Shown: in pieces, positions 40,113-53,200 of the stretch
How positions within the stretch are numbered: position 1 is the stretch's first letter
Layout: the number at the start of each line of letters is the position of its first letter
Assembly: GCF_964204645.1 (NCBI RefSeq)
Contig: NC_134031.1
Span: 14,929,807 to 14,993,806, forward strand
DNA from: Tubulanus polymorphus
Lineage: Eukaryota; Animalia; Nemertea
Length of the DNA stretch: 64,000 nt
Direction of reading: 5' to 3'
Notes under the pieces: generated by a model
Databases searched by the model: none
What the model was told of the DNA's origin: nothing
What the model saw: only the letters and a program-made list of their open reading frames with translations
Made by a program: the position numbers and the translations under genes

Positions 40113-43100
40113 TAGGGGGAAGGGAGTAGTGGAGGGGAGGTTGGTAACATCGCATACCGGCACTCTCTATAAACCTTTACCTCTCATCATCAGCGTTATT
40201 CTACATGAGACCACATTGGTTTTTTGCCATATTTTTTTGTCGATACATTCATAGTAAATGCTGCCTTGTTTTAGTGTGAACTGCATACATACATGCAAAT
40301 AATCATCATCATCAGCACTGCATTTAAAATCATACACTGACGTGTCGCTCGACTGCAGAGATCCACGCGATGCGTCTCTCTCCGGCATTGCGGAGATCCA
40401 CGCTATTCATGAATCTCTACTGCTGACATCCACCCACACCTGCACACGACCACATTATGTATAATGACTAGTTTATCGGACTTATTTCTCTCTGAACTAA
40501 AATAGCGTTTAGATTTGTGATCCTAATTACACCGACATGCCGCGACGCGGGGCACTGAACTCACCGGTGGCCGCACCCGCCAACACCGGTCCCCATCAGC
40601 TAAGTACCGTCAAACTCGAGCTTTACAGGCGAGACAAATGACAACTTACACTCGGTTTATTGAATTGCAAATGCAAATTAAGACTCGAAAATTATCCAAT
40701 CGACGACTTTTAGAAAATCGAATAAAAAATAAAAATTTGGATTCAGAAATAGGGATGATTTCAGAAACGTTAACGACCGATTGACGACTTTTAGTTCATT
40801 GAACTACGAATACAAATTGAGACTAAAAATTAGAGATAATGTCAGTAATGTGACGTCTTAACCCGAGTTTGACTATGTTGAATAATGAGAAATCAGGGGG
40901 GATTCTCAAAGTTGCAGGTGTTGGGAAGGTGGCAGCACCGTACAGCGCGAAGTTTCGAGATGTTTCGCGCGACGATATAGAACATTAAAAACAGCGAGGT
41001 CGTCAGTTTTCCGCCGATCAGTCCATCGTCCCCCAATCATCAATCATCCAATCACCATCAACCACTCAGCCGACATCTCTTCCGTTTTAGAACAGACTCT
41101 AATAGCAAGGAATTCATCCAATCAGAACCCGCGCCGTTTTACGTTCGTAAAGACGAAACCCACTCGACGACCGCGCCAGTTGCACTAAAAACCCGTCGTC
41201 GCGCGGATTGCGCCTTTAAAAACACGTCTCCCTCGACTACAATCGAGCGTCGCTACGACAACGACGACAATAGTCGAAGGCGACCCAGACTCAGACACGC
41301 TTCAATCACTTCAACCAAACAAGCAAATCATAAATAAACCAAAACAATATAGACTCATATTCAAACTTCAAACTTCTGTGAATGCGACTGAGACACTCAT
41401 TCTAACGCGTATATAACTCACGATCTTTCTCAATGTATTCGTTCGAATATATACATTTCATCTCATCGACTTCGCCGAGAAGTAAAACTCGAATAATAAT
41501 TATCAATACTAATATAAATCGCCCGATTTAATACGGGCTCGAGTTGGTAGGCTTTAAATAGATCCCGCGACGCCCCCCTCTTCCCCGCTCCCCGACCTGA
41601 AGGGGGGTTATCTATATCTAACTATCTATGTTTTATGCTGCCTTCGTTTGGACACAAATTATCGACGTCTTAATCGAAAAACATGACAGTACGAAAATGT
41701 AGTTAAAACGACCTCCAATAGGTGGCGGTGTCGAGTAATAACAACCCGTAGTGCGGCGCGTGCTCGCGTCTTTAGTTGGTTGCCGCGGTGATGACGAGTC
41801 TGCTTGTCGTCGAGGGCGACGATGATGTTCCTTGCTAGTAGATTTGAACGAGGCTGGCTGCGTCAGTTTTTTTTTTTTTTAATTAAGTACAACCGTTCGC
41901 GTGACGCAGACAAGCTAACCAAAAAGGCATTGAAGGACATTCCTGTTATTTTCAAATTCATCATTTCTAATCATCCTAAACCTCTCTCTCTCTCGCTCTC
42001 TCTCTCTTATAAATACTCAGTTATTTACAGTTTTTATTTTCTCACACTATTCTCGTCATTCAAATTTTACAATTCGTTCATAATTCCAGTTAATCACCTC
42101 ATCTTTTTTTTTTATTCATCGCATTTAAATATTTTTATCTTTCTTTTTTAATAATAATAATTCGCTAATAATATGTAAAATGCACATATCATTCATCGTT
42201 ATCATTATTATAATTACGTATTTTCATCAATATAATATTAACAATATAATATAAAGCAGCACGACACGCGCTGGCATCAGATCTGAACCCGTCTCTTAGG
42301 ACGCCGTAATGAGCGAAAGGGACCCTGGCGATCGACGCACAGGCGGCGCTTTAACAATAAACCTTCCGTACCCTATTCGCACATATTTATAAATTCTATA
42401 TTTTTTTTTTCTTTTCAAAGATCTAATTCGTCAATCATTCACAAAAATTCACTGGCACACAGCGATCATGGCTTAAAATCATTTCATTCAAAAATGTTTT
42501 TCGCGGATTCTCGAAAGTCAGAAAACAGAGGTCTATCTTCGTACAGCTGATGTTTAAACGAGGGATGGTCGGGTATGAAAGTTGTTACCGCTCGGGGTAA
42601 ACCTTCGAACCCGGGCGACAACTATCGTGGTAACGACGAGACTGAAACCGTAGTAATAACCGACGCATCGTTTCAAAGTGTTTCCCGAGGGGGGAGGGTG
42701 TCGATTCCCCACCCCCACCCCCGCGTACACAAATACGTAACTGGTTTTATCGCTAACAAAATTATTTTGTGCATATTTTTTTTTTCAAATTTTCTAAAAT
42801 ACAATGCCTCGAGTTTGTTTAGAACAGGGTGTTGTTACACTTGCATATCCTCCAATGCCTTAATGACGAAGCACTCACCTCGACTGCCGTACATTGGTTG
42901 GTGGGGGACGACGTACCTTCGACAACGAGAGCCTGAAATCAGAAAATCAAATTCACCGTTTTCGTTAGAGAAGCGAGTCTTTCGAACGGGAAACCACGCG
43001 ATGAAAATTCTCATCGTTTCCGTCTCGGTACGGATTTTTACCGGATCCACAATTTAACGAGAAAGTCAAAATTCGACTTTTCTTACGCAGCAGTCAATGA

Positions 43101-44716
43101 TAACCCCCGCCCCCCCCTCTGTCAGACATTGTCACGTTTTAGATGTCGAATTCGTAACGAAAACACATTTCAAACAACAACAAATTCCTGTCGATAATAA
43201 ATTGACATCACTATTGCAAATCTAAATTAACACGTTCACTGGCGCTGACGAGATAAATCGTCATGGAGGGTGCACCGTAGATTGCCATGACGAGTTGTAT
43301 CGTCATCGATTCAATGTCATTTCATAGCGTTATGAATGACCTGGCAGAGGCGAGAAACCAGCTAACAATTGTCTGGCAGTATGGAGGGACTAAGATATTA
43401 TTTATGTAAGGGTTAATGACTTGAAAGGACTGTGTGTAACAACGCCCAGTTGTATCACGTCCAATCCTTTGATGATCTTACGATCAAGTGAAAACCTGGC
43501 GATCTAGGGTCATTGATACGAGAGCGTTTTGATGTCGAATCCTGACAGTAATAAAATGGTAATTATTGCGTCGATATTTTAGTGTCGAGTTCCTGACTAG
43601 GGGGGATGCAGGATTGTCATTGACCACTGCGTTTATTGATTAAAATATTTTTAAAAATAATCTTCGTTTCAATCCCACGACAATTCGGTCGACTTGAAAA
43701 TCTGATTATATTCTTTTTCATAAAGAATTGCAATTTTAGTCTTAAATTTCTTTAACCATATGTTTGAAAAATTTTCCGGGAGATTTTTTGCTCTTTTTTC
43801 AAGCGAAAAAAATAATTTGGCAAATCAGAAAATTGAGGTTACGTTATCAGCGAAACAGGAAACGGCGAAATCAATCGTCAAAAATAAAAATTTCTTTCGA
43901 ACGCATCGATTCAGGATAATAAGAGCGGGTCACTACATATTTACAAACACGAAGAAGAGAAGTCAGGCTCAGGAAAAAGGCACGACTATTTTCCGAAAGA
44001 TAATGCCCTCGAAATCAGCGAGAGAATATGGCAGTACGTATTATCAGAGCAGAGAAAATAACCATTACACAGTAAAATCTAAATCCACTTTATACTATTT
44101 ACACATTGCGGACAAAAAACACGTCAATTACTGTCACCTCCGGGGCAGAAGACATTTCACATTATTTGGCAATCGTTCAACTTTCTCGCGCTCGATAGTA
44201 TTTTGGACAGCTGCCAGTTGGAAATATGTCAAAAATTCACCCGACTGAGCGAAACACGAGTTACTACTATAAAACCGACACAATACGCGCGTTTCTCATT
44301 TAACTCCACTTTAAAAGTCAGCGGGTCTCCTCGACGAGATACCCGTACGCCACCAGGTGGCCATGACTAACAATGCAGCAAAAAAATCAAAATCTAGTTC
44401 AATTAATTTACATCTACATTTTTAGGTTCCGACATCGGAATATCAAGTTCAACATTATCACTAAGACACATGATAAACTTTTAAGATTAATCTTGAGGGT
44501 TCTTATAAAGTCTAGTTTAGCTCAGTTTATTTACTCTCTTACTACATTCAAGCAGTACAAAGAGGGATTTAAATTTTACAAAAAGAAATTAACGAAAGTA
44601 TTTGACACAGTTAGCCCCACCTGGTGGATCCTCACTTGCCACAGTTCCCCCCGCGCTAAAGGATTTATCGAACAATCAAATTATAACAAATTTCCGAATT
44701 GCTTTTCGAAATGAAT

Positions 44717-47700
44717 TTAATTCCATTGGGCGCCTTTACTTTGGTTCGTACCCCAGCCTCCCGCGTTACCGGCGTCGCCCTGGCCGCCAGGCCCGCCCCA
44801 ACCGCCGGTCAGAAACCCTCCGCTGGAACTGCTACTGCCCTGACTGGCGCCCCCGAAGCCACCGCCCTGATTCGCGCCCGGATTATCCGAGGCGTTGCCG
44901 CCCTGACTGGCGAGACCGAGTAAACCCCAGCCGGCTTGATTCAGCGCCGCCGACGCCGCAGCGACCATCGCCGGGTTCAACTGAAACGGACCTACATTCA
45001 TATTCATCGGATTATTAGCGGCATTACCTGCCCCGCCTCCGCCAGCTGCGTTCATATTCCCCGCCGATATACTAGCCATATTACCACCGGGACCTTGACC
45101 ACCGCGACCTTGATTCCAGCATCCGCGACTATAGCCGCTCGGTCCGTCGTAACCCCCGCCTCCCTGCTGCTGTTGCTGCTGCTGCTGCTGTTTGCGCATG
45201 TCGTTTTTGTCATAGTTTTTCGGCGCCGCCTGGCTGACGTGAACGCTGACGCCTTTGATGATGTGATCCTCGCCGAGTAAGCCCTGCGCGACGTCCGAAT
45301 CGGCGAACGTAACGAACGCAAACGCTCGGAACGGTTTCGGAATGAACACGTCGATCACTTCGCCGAAATCGCTGAAATACGTCCGCAAATCGTCGGCGGT
45401 CATTTCTTCGGTCGTGCGGCCGACGAATACCTTCCTCGGGGCGCAATCCTACAACACACACACACATATATACATCACAAATTGGGCTAAAAAAATTGAT
45501 GCCTTGTTTCTCATTTTTGCTGAAATTGACCCACCCGGGCCGCCTATCTATACACCCTGTGTACATTACATGTACTTTCTTTTTAACCCTTTCAGTGCTG
45601 ACTAATTAATACCCTATAGTGCTGGAGATAATTTGAAAATTTTGAAAAATTCCACCGTAGTGTGTTGAATAACGGGAATAGCACTATAGTGAGTCTACAC
45701 CCTGGCGCGGTATATCGTTAGTTACTAGTATTTCACTTTGTTTGACAGGTGCTGCCATTTTTCAAGAGAGATTATTACTAATTATTAATCAAATCAATAC
45801 ACCGCAGTGCAATGTACTAGCAAAATCCATCATCGATTCATACACTGCACTGGGGTGTAGACGCACTGAAAGGGTTAATCATGATCAATTTCACCATAAC
45901 AGCTAAAGAAATGAACTCACTACAAATTTTATCACATTTCACAAAATGACCCGGCCGCAGCAGAGAATCAAGGTATCAAGGTTGCCTAGCCTAGAAATAG
46001 TAATTCAATTTCTATAGCGCCCTATTCACTGCGATTCAGTGTTCAACGGCGCTTTCTATCGAACTGGTAATATAACCCCCAGCCTTATCACTCTAACCAT
46101 TTATCAGTCATCTCTCTCTGGGGAGAGAAGTAACATCCGAGCAGCTGCTATAGGCGCCCAGGAGTCATCTATCAGGCCAGGTACCCATTTACTCCTGGGT
46201 AGAGAGCGGTAATGAGGATAAGTGTCTTGCCCGAGGACACTACGATAATGCGATAATGTACAGGGTTCAAACCCACGACCTGGCTTCCGAGAGTTGAACG
46301 CTCTAACCACTCGCCCTCACAACACTCATATACAAGTTTTCAGCTATTCTCTCGGTATGCAGTTGTGAATGACTGATAATTAACATACTTAATTTTTACT
46401 GAATGACGAAAAAACACATATGTGGTTGATTAAATCCACCTACAGGTAACAAGTTAATCTTAAGTCCTGTTTTTGGTTACAGGTTTTAAAACATTTAGTT
46501 GTCAATTGACCTCATGAATACAACTCAACCAACAGCTGGGGAAATGATAAAATTGATGTATCCTGCAGGAAAAACTGAATCCTCAATTGTGGAACTAGAT
46601 TGAGATCAATAATTAATAACTGTCGCAGAGTTTATAATAGTTTGTAGGAAGAGTCTTGAGATTTCTGACCAAATTGCTATGTGAGAACTGCGAGGGGCAG
46701 TGAAAGTCTCTTACCTCGTGAGTTCCTACTTTAGAATTCGGTATTCGAACCTCACACCATCGTCCGTCAATCATGTGCCGTTGTTTTAAACATTTCCGTT
46801 GAGACTCGTAATCGGCGAATCGTATGAATCCGTAGCCTTTCGATTGTCTCGTCTGTAGATCTCGTTTTATCTACGAAATATCAAAGATACCGGTCGTCAT
46901 TTTCCGAAATGTCTCAAAATCTAGCAAGTTCAATCGCAGAATTCACTGAGCTCCACGTGAAAGAACCTGGGCTGAATTTACAGCACACTCTATCATCCAG
47001 TAACCCGAGAGTGGTGTTAAGTTTTACAATCACAACGCAAGTTTTCGATTTTAAACCTCGTTTAACCTTCAAGAATTCCATCGGTAACTTAACAACAATC
47101 CTGAAACAGTTTAATGGGATACCAGCAAGGCTACTGAGGGAAGTGCGAAATCAGCGATAATCCTGCCATAATCAGCCAGGATCGCTTATGGCACTGGGCA
47201 CCTTTCGATTTCTACATTTCAATTGAAATTGGAGTCAACTTTTCCGATAAGTAAATAAATTTTCAGCAAAATCAATACCATACACTGAGTCAGAAAGCAA
47301 ATCTTAAGTATATCTATCCGATGACTTTTTTGATAATTTTCGAATTTGCAAGCCTTAAAGTCGAGTTCGTATTAATTTCACTGAAAATTAACTGATTTTC
47401 TGAAATTCACTACAAATGACCAAGGGACCGGTTTTATAGACAGGTATCAACTTTAACCCGGGGGCTAACTCAATTCATTTTCAGTCAAGTTAACCCCCGG
47501 GTTAAAGTTTATACCAGGTCTATAAAACTGGCCCCAGGGCCCAATTTTAAAACACTGGTACTAACTTTAACTAAATCTAAATCAGTTAAAAATGAATTCA
47601 GTTAGCCCCAGGACCAAGTTCCACAGTTGTGAGTTAAAACTCAAAGTTAGTTCATTTTCGATGAGTTGTTGGTAACTCAAAAGTTTAATCTTAACTCGGA

Positions 47701-49837
47701 ACTGTGGAACTGGACCCAGGTTTAAGTTGAACCAGTCTATAAAACTGGCCCCGGTGTTTTTGTTGCGCCATCTTGTTCAGTGCCGGTATATTCCGATTGA
47801 TGTCCCTCGCTCTTGCCGGTTTACTCATACCTGAACCATAATAACTTCGCCGAACTGCTCAAAGTATTTTCTGACGTCATCCTCGGCGCTCTTCCACGGC
47901 AACCCGAGTACGATTAAATCGCTGCATTTCTTCTTTTCGACGCGTTTTGTTTTCGCCGTCGGATTTTCTAAACCGTCGTCGCCTTTTCGTTTATTTTCTG
48001 TTTATCGAAAAATAAAGTAAGAACGAAAATTCAATCAAATAAAAAAACAAACAAATTTCTTGAAATATTTTTTTCCGGTTAAAATGAAACACTATAAACA
48101 ACACACGGATGATGATCATATACAACATTTAGATACAAGCAGCTGATACACAGACCTCCAGTTATAGAAACATTCATTCATACAGCACCGGCAGCTACAG
48201 CTACCAGCAGCAGCTACAGCTACCAGCAGCAGCTACAGCTACCAGCAGATTTAACTTCATTCAAATTGAAATCATTCACACTTAAAAATTCTCTATAGAG
48301 AAAATCTTAATTCAACTCAACTCGAACCTCATTATAACGACAATTTTCGGGCAACCAGAAATTGGGGACCCAATTCCACAGTTGGACTGGCTCATGAACT
48401 GTGGAACTGGCCTCAGAACTGGGGAATCAGGTCCAGCAGCACTGTGGAACTGGGTCCGGAACTGTGAAACTAGGTCCAGAACTGTGGAACTAGATCCTGA
48501 ACTGTGGAACAGGGCCCGGAACTGGCTTCTAAACTGTAGAACCTGGTCCAAAACTGTCGAAGTGAGTCCAGAACTGTGGAACTGGGTCCAGCTGTGTGGC
48601 ACTGGGTCCTGAACTGTCGTAATGTGCAAATCGATCACATTTTCATTTTGAAATGAAACCTTTACTGAAAGTCGTTTTATCGAGGTTCGACACTTGAAAC
48701 TCCTCCCCAAATTCTACACTAAATATGTTTTTCGTATAAATTTGTACTTTTTTTTACGCACCTGTGTGCCCCCAATTATCAATGCAGTACGCCCCTCTGT
48801 CATCCCTGGATAACTGGAGCCCTGCAAAAATGGTTAACAACATTTAAAATACGTCATCAGAATACTTCATTTTACACCTGTGAAGAGAATTACGGGCACC
48901 GGTTTTATCGATCAGGGCCCAGTTTCACGAAGAAGTTTAAGCCTAAAAACCGATAGGTTTGAATTGTTGTCCTCATTGAAAACATTAAGTAACCAATGGC
49001 AATTCCACCAAAAATTTGAGTAAAACTTCTTTTTGTGAAACTGTGCCCAGGTGGCAGATTCACTGGGAGGTTCAAGTAAAGACAGTCCAGTCAATAAAAC
49101 CAGCCCCCGGATGGCAGTTTGGAGAATATAGCAAAAACATTGTCTTTAGAGTCATTGCATTTTTCTACCTTATAAAATACCTACAACAGTAAAACAGCGT
49201 GTAGCTCATAGTAGGTCTGATTGAATCAGTAATAATAGCTACTGAAAAGGCTAGCTACCAATCGGGGTAGGGCTTAAAAGTAACCGGTCAGACTGGTAGC
49301 CTAATTAGATAGTGTTCTTAAAATGACTAATTGTGTCAGAGCATCTTCCATCAAAATATAGGTCACGCTGGTAATAAGTAAGTCAACTAAAAGTTGATAT
49401 TTCAGGGTAGAAAATAGATATTTGTGATCTTCACTAATTGAAATTGATAATTAAACACAAATAATCAAACAATTCCACGATGAAACGGTTACAATTCGAA
49501 CGTACATAACAAACGGGCCATAAACCTGGCACGGTGCCAATAGTATGTTTACACGATATCTTGAGTAGAATTCGATTGGTTTCGAACGGATTTTACCTTT
49601 TGGAAACACGCAGATGAATAGAATACTTCCCCAGCGAGAATCGGGCGGATGGAGCCGACCATCCACCAGTCGGATGCCTCTCATAGCTCCCGTTTCAGGA
49701 TTACGATATTTCAGCCCGCACGCCCCTGGATACTGCGCTGCCAGCGTCGACAGCGTCAACGTTCCATCCTCTTCTGTCGGCAATTCAATCGGTTCATCGT
49801 CATTTTCCTCTTCTGCGACCTGAACGTATTGTAGCAT
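44717..49837 (-). CDS. TARDBP: TAR DNA-binding protein 43 (TDP-43), ~431 aa, 4 coding exons
   Basis: Exons 49837-49597, 47997-47831, 46870-46715, 45448-44717; NTD ([24 protein letters not shown]), RRM1 ([17 protein letters not shown]), RRM2 ([18 protein letters not shown]), G/Q/N-rich tail. Confidence 0.96.
45587..45874. mobile_element. piggyBac-type MITE in TARDBP intron 3
   Basis: TTAA|CCCTTTCAGTGC ... GCACTGAAAGGG|TTAA. Confidence 0.85.
46000..46320 (-). mobile_element. tRNA-derived SINE with CORE/Meta-like centre, copy 1
   Basis: A/B-box-like head (GAGTGGTTAGAGCG..GGGTTTGAACCC), GTGTCCTCGGGCAAGACACTT..AAATGGGTACC; homologous to 55643-55970. Confidence 0.8.
48390..48620. repeat. GAACTGTGGAACTGGGTCCA-type ~20-bp tandem repeat
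   Basis: Same motif as 58640-59345 and many dispersed copies. Confidence 0.75.
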
Positions 49838-50255
49838 GATTGATTATTTACATCAGCCGTCACTGGGTCGTCTCTCTTATCAAACACAACGCCTTCGAAA
49901 ATGACCCGAAATATTCGCAGTTTGCGCGAAACAAGATGGCGACCGACGACGCTTAACTGAGCTGCATCATGGGAGATACATTTTCATCCGACTAGAAATA
50001 TCCTTAAATCCATGAATCAAATTCACATTTAATTAGAGACGAATAATTACTGCAATTAAGATTGTAGATTTGGGTAATTAGTAATGTATGGACTCTTACA
50101 GGAGGCGCCAGGGGTAGTGTCGTAAGTCGTATATCTGATCAATCGACATCGTAAGTCTAATCCTAGTTCGGATGTCGTAAGACTAGGTGGCGCCAGGTGA
50201 CGGTGTAGTGTAGGTGGCGCCAAGTGACGGTTGTACGATACGGTTTATTGAGACG
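49838..50255. promoter_or_regulatory. Bidirectional promoter of TARDBP/LPCAT3 with YY1-like and ZNF143/Staf-like motifs
   Basis: 418 bp between ATGs; AAGATGGCG at 49933-49941; TCCCATGATGCA on the minus strand at ~49963-49974. Confidence 0.6.
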
Positions 50256-53200
50256 ATGGCGTCGACCGTGGATGGTGCGGATATAGGATCCGTCGCTAAA
50301 TTAGCGACTGTTTTAAGCACGTCGGAACCCGCGCTTAGATTGTTTATATCTCTGTTATCAGGTAACGTCTAGTTTTAATATATTCTCAACAAATGACGGC
50401 CTGTGCGACGCTATGAAGGGGATGACAGGCTGAATGTTTATCTCATTGAGACTCAAAAACATCTCTTATGCTATTTTGCCACTTGGGACTGGAACAAATT
50501 CATAAATTCTGCCTAACCGGCACCTGTTCTCCTCGCCGTAGAAAAAGAGTATCCACACAATTTTACATGATTTTCTTCCTGTCGGTAAATTCTGAAGTAG
50601 CAAATCTTTGCCAGAATCATAGCATGAACATGACATCTTGAAACTAGTGAAAATAAGCGCAAGGCCATGGCGACTATAAAAATCTGATTATTTACACTTT
50701 CTTTCAATATGGTATTTTTTCTATTGATACAGAACAACGCTGGTGTTTTTAGTGTCTTGATATCTCGAAATTAGTCTCAGGGCGGCAAAGAATTTGAAAT
50801 ACCGTGAATTCTATTCGGAGTGGATATTTAACCGTATACGGCAAAGTATTTACTTCCGCTATTTTACCGTACATTATTTCTATATATATATCTAGTATTA
50901 ACTAATAAAAATAACAATAAAATCATTATATTGGGTTTAGGGTTTTGATAGGGTTAGTGTCGAGAGGGTGAAAAGAGGGTCCAGAGGGTTCCGTTTTACC
51001 CCTAGGGATAGGATTAGGGTAAGGTGAGGTACTATAGCTAGTTAAAACATTCGGTTGGTTTTCAGCGAGCTCGGTGGTCTATTGGGGACGTTCTGCGAGT
51101 CTCGCTCTATCCGCTCTATTTTCTCTAACTCTGTTCTCCACACTTTCCTTGAATTTTCTAAGTCGCGCATGCGCGGCGTAAACCGGCCAATCAGCGACGA
51201 TGTACACGGTAAAATAGCGGAAATAAATACTCAGCTGTATACGGTAAAATATCCGCTGCCTATTCTATTTCTTTCGACAATCGGATATTTGATAGTATTT
51301 TCTATTGATTGATATATTTTCAGCGTATCCACTGTCATTGATTCATCGTTATACTCTATACGGTAAAACGCCCTTCATCCAACATGTCTACTTCGCTTTA
51401 TTCGGATTCTCATTCATGTATTTCAATTTCGGTAAGTTTTGCGCATTTTAGATTTTAGAATATCGTTTTCTTTTGTTGATACATTTGGTAATTAGAAATT
51501 ATTTTTAATAGTCGGTTTTCAATCAATTGGTTCAATCGCATAAACCAGCAAATTAATATAAATACTTGATTGAGTCGGCCGACAATTACAAAAAAATGTT
51601 TACAAATCTGAATAACAGAATCATGTTAACAGTTTGCCAGTGGCGGCCCGGCTTGGTGAGACGTTTAGGCACGATAGTTTCAGTGACATCTGGTGCCGCT
51701 TGTGACACATTTGTAGATTATGACATTCAATTTACAACCGTTAAACTGGTTTCGATTTTGAATGGCCCTTAATATATAGTTCGACTGTAATTGACGAAGT
51801 CTTTTTCGAATGGAAATGTGAAATGATGGTCATTAAAATCATTTTGAAATCGCTCTGAAATAATCAATTTACGGTTCTGATCAATTCTCAACAATTAGAG
51901 CTATAACTAAGCACTTCAAGCATTTTGAAAATTGCTCTTAAATTCATATAAAATGTTCTAGATCGACTAGGGGTTGATTGAAATCATTGAAGTTGTCACA
52001 GTTATGAGAATCATCATGTAAAAATGGCTTTTCAAAATGAAGACTTGCGCTGTTTGAATTAGGACTCAAGAATAGAGTAATATGACGACTTATTCAAATG
52101 ATGACTTACACTAAGTGAATTGAATTGGGATTATGATTTTGGACTCAAAAATAGAGATGACTTGAGTAATATAATGACCTAGGCCTATCAAAATGATGCC
52201 TAGTGAATCAAATTGTGAATGTAAATTGGAACTCATGAATAGAGATGACTTCAGTAATGTGACAACTTATCCAAATGATGACTTAAACTGTTTGAATAAG
52301 GACTCAAGAATAGAGCAATCTAATGATCACTTACACTTACGCCTAGTTGATTGAATTGGCAATTAGACTAAAAAATAGAGAAATGATTTCAGTTATTTGA
52401 GTGATAGCTTATCCAAATGATGACTTACACAGTAGTTTAACTGTATGACTTACAATGTAGTTTGACTGATTGACTTATACTGTAGTCTGACTGTATGACT
52501 TACACTGTAGTTTAACTGTATGACTTACACTGTAGTTTAACTGTATGACTTACACTGTAGTTTGACTGTATGACTTACACTGTAGTTTGACTGTATGACT
52601 TACAATGTAGTTTGACTGTATGACTTACAATGTAGTTTGACTGTATGACTTACAATGTAGTTTAACTGTATGACTTACACTGTAGTTTGACTGTATGACT
52701 TACACTGTGGTTTGGCTATATGACTTACACTGTAGTTTGACTGTATGATTTACATTGTAGTTTGACTGTATGTCTTACACTGAGTGTAGTTTGACTGTGT
52801 GACTTAGACTGAAGTTTGAGATGACTTGCGGGTCTCAACCGCAGAAGGCACCAGTACACCAATAGAACTAGTCCACTTGACCAGTGGTTATACAACGTAT
52901 CGACTGTGTGGCTGATGTAATACATAGCTGTATTGTAATTTCAGGTATTGATGCAGTAAATAGTATTGTAAATGTGCTCGCTGTATATTTGATACTACGA
53001 TTTATTAAAGATAGGAAATTATGCGTTGGGATCATTTTCTTTTTTAACATTGTAAGTATTCAATATTACTTTGCACAAAAACTACTTGTGTTTTATTCAT
53101 TAATTTGCTATATTGAATATTTTTCCTCTCTAAACTCAGATGTTTTCGAGTTAAACTTGGAACACGAATCATCCAATGAATATATTAGAATAGAATTTAA

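Noticed and set aside
42575-44714. ORFs of 113-162 aa on the plus strand downstream of TARDBP
   Set aside because: No domain motifs or exon structure; likely antisense to UTR sequence
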